Origin: Callorhinchus milii
Lineage: Eukaryota
Assembly (NCBI RefSeq): GCF_018977255.1
Contig: NW_024705402.1
Span: forward strand, 1-47,926
DNA: 47,926 bases
Reading direction: 5' to 3'
Position numbers and translations under genes: made by a program. Positions 11,726 through 22,293 of the stretch are shown in pieces (the first letter of the stretch is position 1; each line of letters opens with the position of its first letter). The notes beneath the pieces are model-generated. The model was given only the letters and a program-made list of their open reading frames with translations, made no database searches and was not told where the DNA came from.

Positions 11726-11803
11726 ATCAGAATCATCAGAATATGTATTTAAAACTGGAGGAATCCGATGCGCTATGAAGCTCTTTTTATCCACGTCAAG
11801 TAG
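11726..11803 (-). mobile_element. retroposon tail family B
   Basis: ATCAGAAT...GGAATCCGATGCGCTATGAAGCTCTTTTT is the reverse complement of the 6941 family. Confidence 0.65.
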
Positions 11804-11924
11804 GAGGCGGGTCAGAACGTTACAACAACAAACGGTACAAAAGCGCGTTAGAAGTGCAAACTACAAAAAGTTAAACAAATCACTTTCAAAGAAATTTACA
11901 AATAAAACTAAACCATTTTTTTGT

Positions 11925-12033
11925 TTATTTAACCAGGTGAAAGCCCACTGAGATGTTAACTCGTTTTTCAGAAGCGACCTGTCCACAAACGATAGCTCAA
12001 CAAAGTGGCTCATCGTGTGGACATGGGTAGCAG
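11925..12033 (-). mobile_element. V-SINE 3' fragment
   Basis: ACCAGGTGAAAGCCCACTGAG...TTCAGAAGCGACC...GATAGCTCAACAAAGTGGCT. Confidence 0.8.
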
Positions 12034-12065
12034 GTGTGCTGCAGTATTTTCAGAATTGTAGGAAA

Positions 12066-12448
12066 GGGGTCGCCATAAATGACGTCACGCACCTAGGGGG
12101 GGGGGGTCAGACATTTGTGACGATGTGTGACGAGGGGGGGGGGTTGAGAAATGTGACGTCACATCAAAATGCGCAACTTTAAATAAATATAGACAACACG
12201 TTCTACTTAATTAAATATACTTTTTAATAAATGTTTTCTCCTACAACATCAGAGTGCAGCGCCACATTAAATACGCACTACAATGACAATAGTTTAAAGC
12301 GATTTGAAGCATGTTTATTTTTTTGGGGGGGGGCAGAGCTTTGTGACGTCATATTTGAGGGGGGGTCTGACTTTTTGTGACGCCGTGTGACGAAGGGGGG
12401 GGGGGTCAAAATCGTCCAAAATCGCGTGACGTCATTTATGGACGCCCC
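12066..12448. mobile_element. MITE, probably PIF/Harbinger-like
   Basis: ~25-bp TIRs GGGGTCGCCATAAATGACGTCACGC and GCGTGACGTCATTTATGGACGCCCC. Internal direct repeat 12096-12144/12359-12406. AT-rich core. The superfamily call is from TIR resemblance only. Confidence 0.8.
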
Positions 12449-13026
12449 CAAAGGAAAAATCCCACCGTTTGAGACAGATTGTATTCATATCAGCAGGAAG
12501 GGTTCAGTGAACTGTTGGGCTCTATTGCATGGGCGTCATGTGACGGTTCCAAAGTTAAACAGCACAGATATTCGTTAAACAACCATGGTGACGTAATGTT
12601 GTGATACAAACGGCAAGTATCAGTACATGCTTTGCGCGTTACAGGAATAAGGAACCGGTCGATAACGTAAATATATATGTGTACATGTAACTATACAAAG
12701 CGTGACTGCAGCCTTTTTCGCACAACGATAATGGAAAGGGGAAAGATATTTAATTTAACAAAACAAACAAGGACAGACGAACTCTCCTCCGTGCCGCTCA
12801 AGAGGTCGATCCTGCCCGTCAATCCTCCACCTCCCGCCCTCCCTCTCCATCGGCTCAGGGCACAGTAGCGTGAGTGCCTTGGAATGAGATGTGTTGAGAA
12901 GCGCCGAATCGTAGGGGTTTAGAGATGACTCACACGAAACAGCATCTCCACAGTGCCAAGTGTGTTCATCGTGTGTGTGTGGTTTTATTGACCCAGCTAA
13001 AACTCCTAACTACAAAAAAAATAATA

Positions 13027-13240
13027 CTCAACGCACTCGTCAATAACATTGTGGCCTCAAAACTAGAATTCTATCATTGGTGACGTTTCGGGCAATGGCC
13101 CTTTAAGAACACACATAAATGAAGGCCGTTGACCGAAATATCACCCGTGATATTATATATATTTAGTTTTCTTTTTAAGGCCGCATTATTATCGACGATT
13201 GTGTTCAGCTGTGCACCACTGCAAACGCTACAGCAGCATC
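13027..13240. mobile_element. palindromic Penelope-like remnant (family P2)
   Basis: Imperfect inverted repeat 13027-13100/13124-13208 centred on GGTGACGTTTCGGGCAATGGCC and GGCCGTTGACCGAAATATCACC. Confidence 0.55.
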
Positions 13241-13719
13241 GTTCAATTATTTAGTTAAAAAACGAAGATAGCCTTGCAGCCATTTGAATTAGGTCAATAA
13301 AACTACCCACATATTTGCTTTGCTTCACCATGTTACACCCCGTGCGTGTATGCTGTATATACATTTTTAGACGTTGATCACTCATGTGATGAGTGATCAC
13401 TCATGTGATCAGCGTCTGTTTTGCCCTGAAGATGTTTGGTGAACAACCTCATCCTCTCGGAAATCTCGGAGCGGTGCATCCCCGGACATTCAAGAGGTTT
13501 GGAAGGATGCAGCTGACGCAATAACATAGCCACACGACTGTGCGTGCAAGCATCTCGCTGCGGTCGACTCAAACAGCAGCGTTGGGGAGATGAAGGCGGC
13601 CGGGCGTGGTGTTTACCACTCACCCCCTCGTGTGCCCGTCTTGCCGACCTCTAACGGCCCTTGCCCAGCAGTCTGTGATGGGCTACATGAGTGAGCGGGT
13701 GTGTAGGTGAATGGGTGGG

Positions 13720-13771
13720 CGATTAGCACGGTTGGCTACGTACGGCGCGAAAGAAGTTCAACATACCTACG
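13720..13771 (+). mobile_element. L2-type LINE extreme 3' end
   Basis: CGATTAGCACGGTTGGCTACGTACGGCGCGAAAGAAGTTCAACATACCTAC. Confidence 0.7.
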
Positions 13772-14320
13772 GGAGGGGTGGGATTCGTGTGGTTTTATCA
13801 ACATACACTGTGGCTCAATATCGGTCTCATCAATAATTTCGTGACCCATGACAGCATTGAGGATGCGCTTCATGTCCCGTTCCTCGGCCTCCTGAGCCGG
13901 CCACAAAAACGTTGAACACAGCTGATGGAGCGGGGGGGGGGGCAGCGATCGGCCGCAGGTGAGAATTCGCAAATGTCTGGGTGGGTGGCCCAACGGCCTG
14001 CTGCTTGCTGCCGCTGTTGTTGGTGGTGGTGGCGGTGGTTGTGCGTGGGTGGTTGAGGGAGGGGAGGGGGGGAGGGAGACACGGCGGTGGCCATTAGATA
14101 GCTGGGGAGGGTAGTGGTGGCGGGGGTCATTGTGGAATGGCTGTGGGGTTTGTAGGGGGTGCGGCAGTCGAGGCGACTGGTGGGTGGGGGTCGTAGAATG
14201 CAACAAGGAGCAGAGGGTCCCCTGAGCGTTAGCAAGCAGCGACACAGTCGTGCCGTGGAGGTTTCTGGGTATGTCTCAACTATTGAATGGTCTCCCCCGT
14301 GGCTATACTGGGTCGATTCA

Positions 14321-14390
14321 TAATCAGAATATTTATGCTTATTGTAGGAATCCGATGAGCTATAAAGCTCTTGTTTTCACAGATGTCCAG
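14321..14390 (-). mobile_element. retroposon tail family B
   Basis: AATCAGAAT...GGAATCCGATGAGCTATAAAGCTCTTGTTTTCACAGATGTCCAG. Confidence 0.65.
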
Positions 14391-15037
14391 GAGGGGCGGG
14401 TAAGAACGTTAGATTACGGATGGGATCCGCGAAGTTCGCCCCATAATTTGTCACGAGGTAACAGAGGTTCTAATGTGATACCATCATCATGTGAAATCAA
14501 CATTCTGATAAAAAAAATATTTTGATCGTCATCAGCCACCTCGTGATCCTGAGATCGCATCGCTCCATCTCTCTGGTGGAGTCGTCCACCCCTTCGCTAT
14601 TATTCCTGATCCCATTGGCCAATCCCCGACTCGCGACGCGTCCCACTGAGCAGTTTGAACGATGCCACGTTCTCCAATGTGTCCCTCTTCCTGTCTGTCT
14701 CGCAATGTTACCGACTTTATAACGACGTCAAATTCACATGACGACTGCCGTGCCTGCTTCCCCACTAATGGACGTTGCTGTGTTTTTTGTTCAAATCTTT
14801 TTTTATTGAGGCAATGTGCGGGGCCCGTAACATCACGACGTTGTGACGCACGCACCGTCAATATAAGCCGCACCGGTTATATAACAAACAAGATGGGGAA
14901 AGGGCACGCTGCCCCAAACCAAAGTGGGGAGGAGGGGGGGGTCCCACCAAAAGTGGAAAATGTACTTTTATTTAAGGCGGAAGGGATGACAAGGGGAGAG
15001 AGGGAGACGCTGCGGTGTATGAAACAAACAAAAATAC

Positions 15038-15259
15038 ATTCTTTGGGTCTTTCGGTAAAGCCACGTAGATATAAAATAATAAAATTATCAAGACGTTTCA
15101 ATCGCCTCGACAGTTCTTCTCGCTATATGTTTTCACCTGATGACGACTGCTTGTGTTGCGATCGAAACGTCGTGATAATTTTATAATTTTCTATCTTCGT
15201 GGCTTTACGGAAAGACCCAAAGAATATGAATTCATGCAGTCACGAAAGCTTTAAGTCAA
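15038..15259. mobile_element. Penelope-like terminal repeat in inverted configuration (family P1)
   Basis: ~68-bp inverted repeat 15038-15105/15158-15225. Bases 15133-15259 have a second, minus-strand copy at 26211-26334. Confidence 0.65.
15130..15178 (+). ncRNA. minimal type I hammerhead ribozyme motif (Penelope-associated type)
   Basis: TCAC (stem I) - CTGATGA (15137-15143) - C - GACTGC/GCGATC (stem II, one mismatch) - GAAA (15164-15167) - CG - TC (GUC site 15169-15171) - GTGA (stem I). Confidence 0.6.
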
Positions 15260-15340
15260 TAACACCGTCGCCTTAAGAAAAATAAACCTTGTTTATAAGC
15301 GACGTTTCGGCCAATGGCCCTTCTTCACAGCACACGGAGG
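15255..15340 (-). mobile_element. family P2 single arm
   Basis: The minus strand reads GTGAAGAAGGGCCATTGGCCGAAACGTCGC. The flank GTCAATAACA...GCCT matches 13039-13057. Confidence 0.5.
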
Positions 15341-17460
15341 CCCAGCCAGATATATGTAGTGGATACGATTTGGTGACGGCACTTTGTGTATTTAAAGTGA
15401 GAAAAACGGAGATTGAAAAGAAAAAGAAATACCACCATCGCTGTCAAAAAATTCTCCCGTGCTCCGTTATCTAAAAATATTTGGCCGGGGGAGGGAGGGA
15501 GGAGGGTGGGGGCGTCCGGACACCCACGACACCCACGGGTGGCTGTGGGCCCCCTGGATGCAGCAGCAGCGGAGGAGGAGGAGGTCCCGGTCGTGGAGGA
15601 CACACGGCGAACGAACGGGAGGCACGCGAGCGACAGCTGACAAAGCCGACATCCGCGGTATTAACGGGGGTGTGGTGTGGTGGTGGGGGGGGGCTGCGTG
15701 GCACGAGGGTGGTGGGGACGTTGGGGTGGTGGGGGGCATCATCGGTCGTCCGCTTTAAACCCGCGGCGCACGCTTCCTCTCGAGGTGCATTCCAGACACA
15801 CGGGGCCGCGCGCCAACGCAACACTTTGGGGGGTCACCCTATTTATGGGACGGTACGCGCGAGCTTTATATATATAAATAATATATATATGGTCAACTGG
15901 TTTGTTGTTATTGTTGTTACACAAGATTGTTTTGTTTGTTGTTCGCTCTTTCAAAGAGTACACCGGGTTAAGCACAACGGACAGCTATCACAACGCACTT
16001 TTATTGCGACCAGTGAAACAGCAATTGTAATGTATAAATACGTGTGATGAGCACGAGTATGTGTACCCCAGTGTCGTCGCGGTCTGTTTCTTTGGCCCCT
16101 CGCGAAGGGCAACGAATACTCTGCGTTCACCGTCATCATCATCATCATCGTGGCCAATCCACTGCTGGATGAAGGCCTCCTCAAGCTGTTGCCACCTCTC
16201 ACGATCGTCCGATGTCACAATCCACCACGGCACGAGCGCACACACGAATTTGCACGATGTGTTTGTGTTCAATTGCCATAATTCGTTCGTGCGGAGTGGC
16301 CCGCAATTGTAACTGTGATGGAGAGCTGCCGTTACCATTTGAGGAACATCTGAGCCGTTCTTCGGAGATTTGCGGGTGGTCATTATAAAGGAGAAGCATG
16401 AGTCACCAGCCGAGACCAAGTAGACAAGACTAGAAACCGTCTAGACCTGTTTACCTCAACTCGTCACAAAATTTTACCCCTAAATTAGTTAAAGTTTCGG
16501 ACAGCGTGAGAAATTTCGTGTAGATTATTACGATTGGTTTATTTTTTCTCTCTACAAAGCACGTCTGCCGATCTCTTCCTCTTTTCTGTTGTTGTTGTTG
16601 GTGGTTTTATGGGGATGGCGACAATGAATCAACACAACTATTAACTTCACAAAATAAAATAAACATCCGGCCAAGAACTGCCGAACAGCTGATGTGTTCT
16701 CAGTGACGGTGCGATAGCTGATTTTGGGCCCTGAAAGCAGGCGTTATTTTTTATGCCTTCCCTTTTCAATGCACACAATCCTAGTGGGATGGCAGAAGAG
16801 ACATTACACGAGACGTTGATTATGTAACTCGAGAAATGTAGACAAACGCAGTGATGCAGATCGGACAAGATACATGCTGCCGATGTACAGAAGGAGGATT
16901 AATTAGCTGCCTACGTCAGTCGGTTTATTAAGTTGATTAAGATTATAATAAAAGCTGTTATTCATGCACCCTGTGAACCCCGCCCCCCCCCCCCCCATGG
17001 GCCTCTTAGAGCTCCAATCTTTCACTTAGTTTTCCGATGCCAAGCGCCACGACCGCCTGTACTCTCGACGTGGGCAAAAGGATTGATGGGTGCGGTCGGC
17101 TGCACATTTTTCCAGACTGCCGCTCAGCGAGCTCCTGGCAGCCTCCCCCTGTCACAAGCACGGCGCCTATGTGAGCAACGTGGATTTGTTTTTGCTGCGC
17201 GTCTCTTTGGGGACCCTTCCCTTGCGCATCCATGCCCAGGGCAACGCGGCTCAGGATACCTTAGAGAGCTGAGATCGCTGACGAAACCGCAACAGGGATC
17301 CTATAAAGCCACAATTTGGGGCACCAGTGAAACAATGTGGGGCCTTTGACCCCACGTAGGAGGCTCCATGTGTTTATTGCTTCGGATGGTTAAGGGAGGC
17401 TTGCTCGTGAGTAGTGTGTCCAGTGCTGAGGAATTCCATGAGGACGTTAACTTGCCATTT

Positions 17461-17766
17461 GAGTGCCGCGGTGGTGTGATGTTAACTACCTCGCCTCGTA
17501 TACAGGAGGTCGTGTGTTTCATCCCGACCTTGACCCTTGTATTTTTGGCATTCGCATGTTCTCCCGTTGTCGCGTGGATTTTTCTTCGGGTCATCCGGTT
17601 TTGCCCTCCACATTTTGAATCAACATCAAGTGTGTACAGTCATTTGGCTTACTTCACTATTTCCACACGACGTTAAGCGACTTAATTGAGCTATCGTTTG
17701 TGATGGCCAGATCGCTTCTGAAAAGAACCGTGTAGCTCAGTGGGCCTTACCTGGTGAAATAAAATA
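17461..17766 (+). mobile_element. V-SINE, full length, diverged
   Basis: Colinear with 1223-1544. V-domain-like TTCGCATGTTCTCCCGTTGTCGCGTGGATTTTTCTTCGGGTCATCCGGTTTTGCCCTCCACATT. Confidence 0.85.
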
Positions 17767-18162
17767 CAGTTTAGTTCATAGTTTCGAATGATCTGGTTTC
17801 TGATGATGGTGGTGAAAGCCACCCCCAACCCACCCCCGCGTCCCAACTCAAGCGTGTGCACATCAGCGAGTGGAGTCTGGCCTCCCTAGTGCTCTGCTTT
17901 TCAAGTTCGCTTCCAAAGGAAATGCCTCTGGTGGCAAACATCGTGCAGATACTTCAATTGATCGCCACATTCGAGGGAAGCGTTCTCGTGAGACTAAAAG
18001 TCAACTTTTTCTCAGCCATGGATGGCGAGCTTCGTTATTCTGTGTGTCGGCCATCCAAAGGAGTGATGCTGCTTGTTGGCTTTTGAGGTCTGAACAGATC
18101 AGCCTGCATTGCACAATTCTGCCTGTATTTCGCCCTCGTAAGAGGGTGCATTGATTCTGCAA

Positions 18163-18196
18163 CGGCTACGTACGGTGCGAAAGAAGTTCAACACAC
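18163..18196 (+). mobile_element. L2-type LINE extreme 3' end
   Basis: GGCTACGTACGGTGCGAAAGAAGTTCAACA. Confidence 0.6.
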
Positions 18197-18308
18197 GCAC
18201 TGTGGCAATGCGATTTCGGTCAAAATAACATTGTGAATGTGGCATGACCATGGCATTCACATTCAATAGTTATTTCCGCGATGTGGTAAATGTATCACAT
18301 GACCACAG

Positions 18309-19292
18309 ATGGCAGCGCTCTTGAACAACTGCACACTGGAAGAGCAGCGATGTGTTATTCATATTTATTTTATCCTCTCATTTTGTGAAGACAAGTGTAG
18401 TGACTGTGAATGTCACTGTGTGGTGCCGGCTTATGGAGCCACGGCGGATAATGTGTTGGCATTATGTGTAGCCCGCTTGCTGGGCATAGTACCAGCCCTA
18501 GCGGGGCTTGGGTGAGCGCTGGTCAGCCAGCCAGGGTTACCTTGGGGCATGATATGCTGGTTGACCTGCTGACACGTGACCGGATGATATTGGAGAGGGG
18601 CCACCGGTGGACAGGGGCCACTGGGCGTCACGTGGTATAGAGGAGCTCTCGGGAGCCTTCGGGAAAGAGCTCGAGAGATCTAGGTGGGCGGGGCGAGGGC
18701 GGAGCCAGCCCGAGCCCAAGCCGATATAACGGAGCCCCGTGAGGGGCTCGGGGTTCTTCGGGTTGCTGGTGAAGAAGATCCATGTCGGTTAAAGAAGCTT
18801 CAAGCCACGCGGCCCGGGACTCAGCTCGTGGTCCGGACCGGGATAGCGAACCGTGTCTAGTTCTGCCGTAGCGTGGCTAGATGGGCATTCAACACCCAAG
18901 TGTAGGTTGTGTTATGTTGTGTTGAGTTGGTGAAATAAATAGTGTTGCTCCCAATACAATGTCTGCGATTCAATTGGACTCACTACACAAGTAAAAACCT
19001 TGGAGTGAAGAATTAAGCTGCAATACGTTGGCAACTGTGTGAAATGGGACAATGTGTGCAAATGGCTGGAACGGCTGCGAATCAGAACGGGAGCGGTGTT
19101 ATTTTTTGCGTGTGATGACGATCAAAAGTGCCGTCGCCCGGGGTTGAGATGTTGATTGTGGATGAGAGGCAAGTAGGAATTCATCTCATATCAGCCAATG
19201 TAGGGATCAGTGCGGGAGCAGTTCATTCGGTAATCCATGACACGTTGAGTTTACGAGAAGTGTGTGCCTGTCGGGTGCCTAAGATGTTAACG
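18309..19292 (+). pseudogene. mariner transposase N-terminal remnant, interrupted by a solo LTR
   Basis: CTLEEQRCVIH before the LTR. After it, QYVGNCVKWDNVCKWLERLR and VEMLIVDERQVGIHLISANVGISAGAVHSVIHDTLSLREVCACRVPKMLT (second HTH plus a WVPHEL-like motif). No DDD domain seen. Confidence 0.8.
18396..18987 (+). mobile_element. solo LTR (592 bp), gypsy type
   Basis: Perfect inverted termini TGTAGTG/CACTACA. Perfect 4-bp TSD CAAG (18392-18395 and 18988-18991). AATAAA near the 3' end. Ends resemble the LTRs at 26794 and 30285. Confidence 0.9.
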
Positions 19293-19382
19293 AAGATCTT
19301 AAGCAAAACGGATTTGCATTTGTCGTCCCTTATAAGCCAGATCAATTCCACAAAGACAATTAATACATTATTGTTGCGCCTG

Positions 19383-19595
19383 TATGTATGTTGAACTTAT
19401 TTCGCACCATACGTATCCAATCGTGCAAATCAGATGTACGGGGAAGGACAACAAACTAAGCCAAAACACAGTTCTAAATAAATTAGTTTTCAATCTAGAT
19501 TGCTTAAAAGTGCGTAGCTCCAGTGGCTTCCTAATATCGGAAAGGAAGAGCGTTCCAGACGGCCTCAGAAGCACGCGGTACGGTGACCGTCTTTG
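19383..19595 (-). mobile_element. L2-type LINE 3' end (ORF2 C-terminus, 3'UTR and (CATA)n tail)
   Basis: The minus strand reads RASEAVWNALP / SDIRKPLELRTFKQSRLKTNLFRTVF, typical of L2 ORF2 ends, and finishes AAGTTCAACATACATAC. Confidence 0.8.
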
Positions 19596-19850
19596 AATCA
19601 TCACCGCTGATGGAACTCGGATCCATCATGAAGGGAAGAATTGCCAGACAGTCTGGTGAAAACGCTCGGCATCTCCAGTAAAGACAACATTGTGCTGGAA
19701 AGGCAATACTGATGGCCGTCTTTTGTGGGAAATGCAAGATTAAAAACAAAACGGTTTCCTTCCAGGAACAATTATAGTCTCTTACCTGGTGCTGCTTCAT
19801 GTGTTGTGACTTTGTCTCAGGATATAAAAAAAAAAACTTAAGCCTGACGT

Positions 19851-19930
19851 TGGACATCTGTTAAAAGAAAAAAAAAAGAGAGCTTCATAGCTCATGGATT
19901 CTCCAGGACAAATAAAGATTCTGGTTCTGA
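19851..19930 (+). mobile_element. retroposon tail family B
   Basis: TGGACATCTGTTAAAA...GAGCTTCATAGCTCATGGATTCTCCAG...AATAAAGATTCTGGTTCTGA. Confidence 0.65.
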
Positions 19931-20261
19931 GAAATGTCGTCGATTCGCTGAGATTACGGCTTTTGCAACACACACGGCAACATCCGTCTCCCCACCTCTG
20001 CACGGCAACGGCAGGAATTTTAGGGGAAAGATTTTTGACCACATCGTTCCGGAGACATCCGGGACAGATCCCCGCTCCAGCCTCATCGGACCCAAATCTG
20101 CGCGGAACCTCTGGAGAAACTCGGCGAGCAAGGTGGCTTGACAGTGGCGAGGCTGTGCAGGCAGCGGCACAAGTGTTGTGGCCGGAGGAAAAGGGCAGCC
20201 ACAACACTGCCGCGCTGCCGCCGTTTCAGGAAGCTTTTACGCAGCTAGGAGATGTATGTCT

Positions 20262-20317
20262 ATTACAATGTGAATGTGTATTATTACAATGTCAATGTGT
20301 ATTACAATGTGAATGTA
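20262..20317. repeat. short tandem repeat TATTACAATGT(G/C)AATGT x3
   Basis: Directly visible. Confidence 0.85.
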
Positions 20318-20510
20318 CCATTTTATTGGGGGATTGTGATTTATCTTGGTGTGGTCTGGGAATGTGTTATTATTGTTTTTTCTGCCTTGCCAAGCTTGAT
20401 CAATCAGACTAATATAATACGTAATTTTTCGTATTTATTCATATTTCGTGACTTGCTTACCTTTTTCTCCATTTTGCACTCCTGTGGTTTTTGTATTATT
20501 TGTTGCAATT

Positions 20511-20580
20511 ACTGGACATCTGCGAAAAAGCGCTTTATAGCTCATCGGATTCATCCACCAGTCTAAATACAGATTCTGAT
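20511..20580 (+). mobile_element. retroposon tail family B
   Basis: ACTGGACATCTGCGAAAAAGCGCTTTATAGCTCATCGGATTC...AGATTCTGAT. Confidence 0.65.
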
Positions 20581-21913
20581 GTTATTTGGCAGGTTTTACT
20601 GTGTGCAGGAACAGTGTGCCTTGTCGATAGGAACAAATGTTCTCTCAAAATAACCGCTCGCTCTCTCTCTTCACCGACTGAGGCACTCCAGGAGAATGTC
20701 AAAAAGCCGCCGCGGTTTCCCATTCAAACGAGCACGGGGGTACCGTGTTCATGTTGTGGAAATTCGACACGAGTATGGTAGGGGGGAATTTCTCTCCATG
20801 AGACAACCGCCCTTTTGGACTTTCCAAAAATGTGTAAAAGTTTACCCCCCCCCCCCGCCACCAGGATTTCAACCCACGATCTTTACATCAGAAGTATATC
20901 ATTCTAATCATTACCATAGTGTCAGGAGAAGGGAGTTGTTCGGCAATGGACATCACAGCTCATAACACAGGGGGGTGATAGCTGGAGCAGAATACGCAGA
21001 GGGGAAAGGGTAGGTCATATCAGTAGTACTCATTCTGTTGAGCAATTTGTCATTCGTTCAAGATTCGTTTTTTTTTTTAGCATTCACTGCATGATGCCTG
21101 CCCCGAGTTTTTGTATAGTACCCTTTAGACGTGGCCACACTGCAAGGTTGGTTCTAACATATGTAAACGCTGTTGACGTAAGTGGACTGTGTGTCCTCCT
21201 CTTTTTATACTCATTCCACTCACTCTCCGCTCAAAAGTCGGAATCACCAATGAATGTGATGCCACCCTGCCACCGATTGCGCACCTGCCAACCAAGGTCA
21301 TGTCCTGAAATTTCGCACGGACTTCAATTGTGCGCTGCTGCCGGGCATTGCGGCACCGTTATGGGCAATCCGTAACGCTCCGGCGGCCCTGGAACAATGG
21401 GTTTGTGTACAATATTGCTGCTGTTTAAATGCGGTGCTCGTGCCAATATTTGGTAACCCATCAGCATTTGTTTAACAAGCCTGACTGTTGACGGGACCCA
21501 GAATGTCCAACATCAGTCGGGAGTTTTCTTGCTTTATTAAATGCCGCCAGTGAATAATGACGGTCTGGAAAGCCAATAGGCCACTGTACTACTATGCTTT
21601 TTTTTGCATTTACGTGTGGAAATACAAAAAGTTATGCTTACGCATGCCCGTGCCCTGAAAGAAGATCCCTGGCTTCCTTGTTCCGCAAAGGTTTACAGGC
21701 AACCCTAAACCGCACCCGCACAATCCCCGGCAGATGCGAACACTGCATGGACGAGTGGAAAATGAAACCCTACTGGTGTGCCACTGTGGTCGTGAGTAGT
21801 GGTGCATCGTCGCAGCGATGCAGTCGTCTGGCTCATCAACCGCCACAATGCAAAATTAGAGTTGATGCTCTGCATCAACATCAGCAGCCATACGAAGAAG
21901 ACGAAGACTGATC

Positions 21914-22293
21914 TATAGAGACCCATACACTCATGTAGAAACCCGTAGACTCATATACAAACCCGTAGACTCATATCGAGACCCGTAGACTCACAAAGAG
22001 AACCATAGATTCATATAGAAATCCATACCCTTACATAGAGATCCATAGACTCATATAGAGACCCATAGACTCACAAAAAGACCCATAGACTCATATAGAA
22101 ACCCACAGCCTCACATAGAGACGCTTAGACGCATATAGAGACCCATAGCCTCATATATAAACCCATAGCCTCACATAGAGACCCATAGACTCATATAGAG
22201 ACCCATAGACTCACATAGAGACCCACCGACTAATATAGAGACCCATCGACTCATATATAGACCCATAGACTCACACTGAGACCCATACTCACA
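21914..22293. repeat. 20-bp minisatellite AGAGACCCATAGACTCA(T/C)AT, ~19 copies
   Basis: Directly visible tandem array. Confidence 0.95.

Noticed and set aside
13736..16047. Pro/Gly/His-rich ORFs
   Set aside because: They arise from G-rich low-complexity tracts, with no domain or convincing splice structure.
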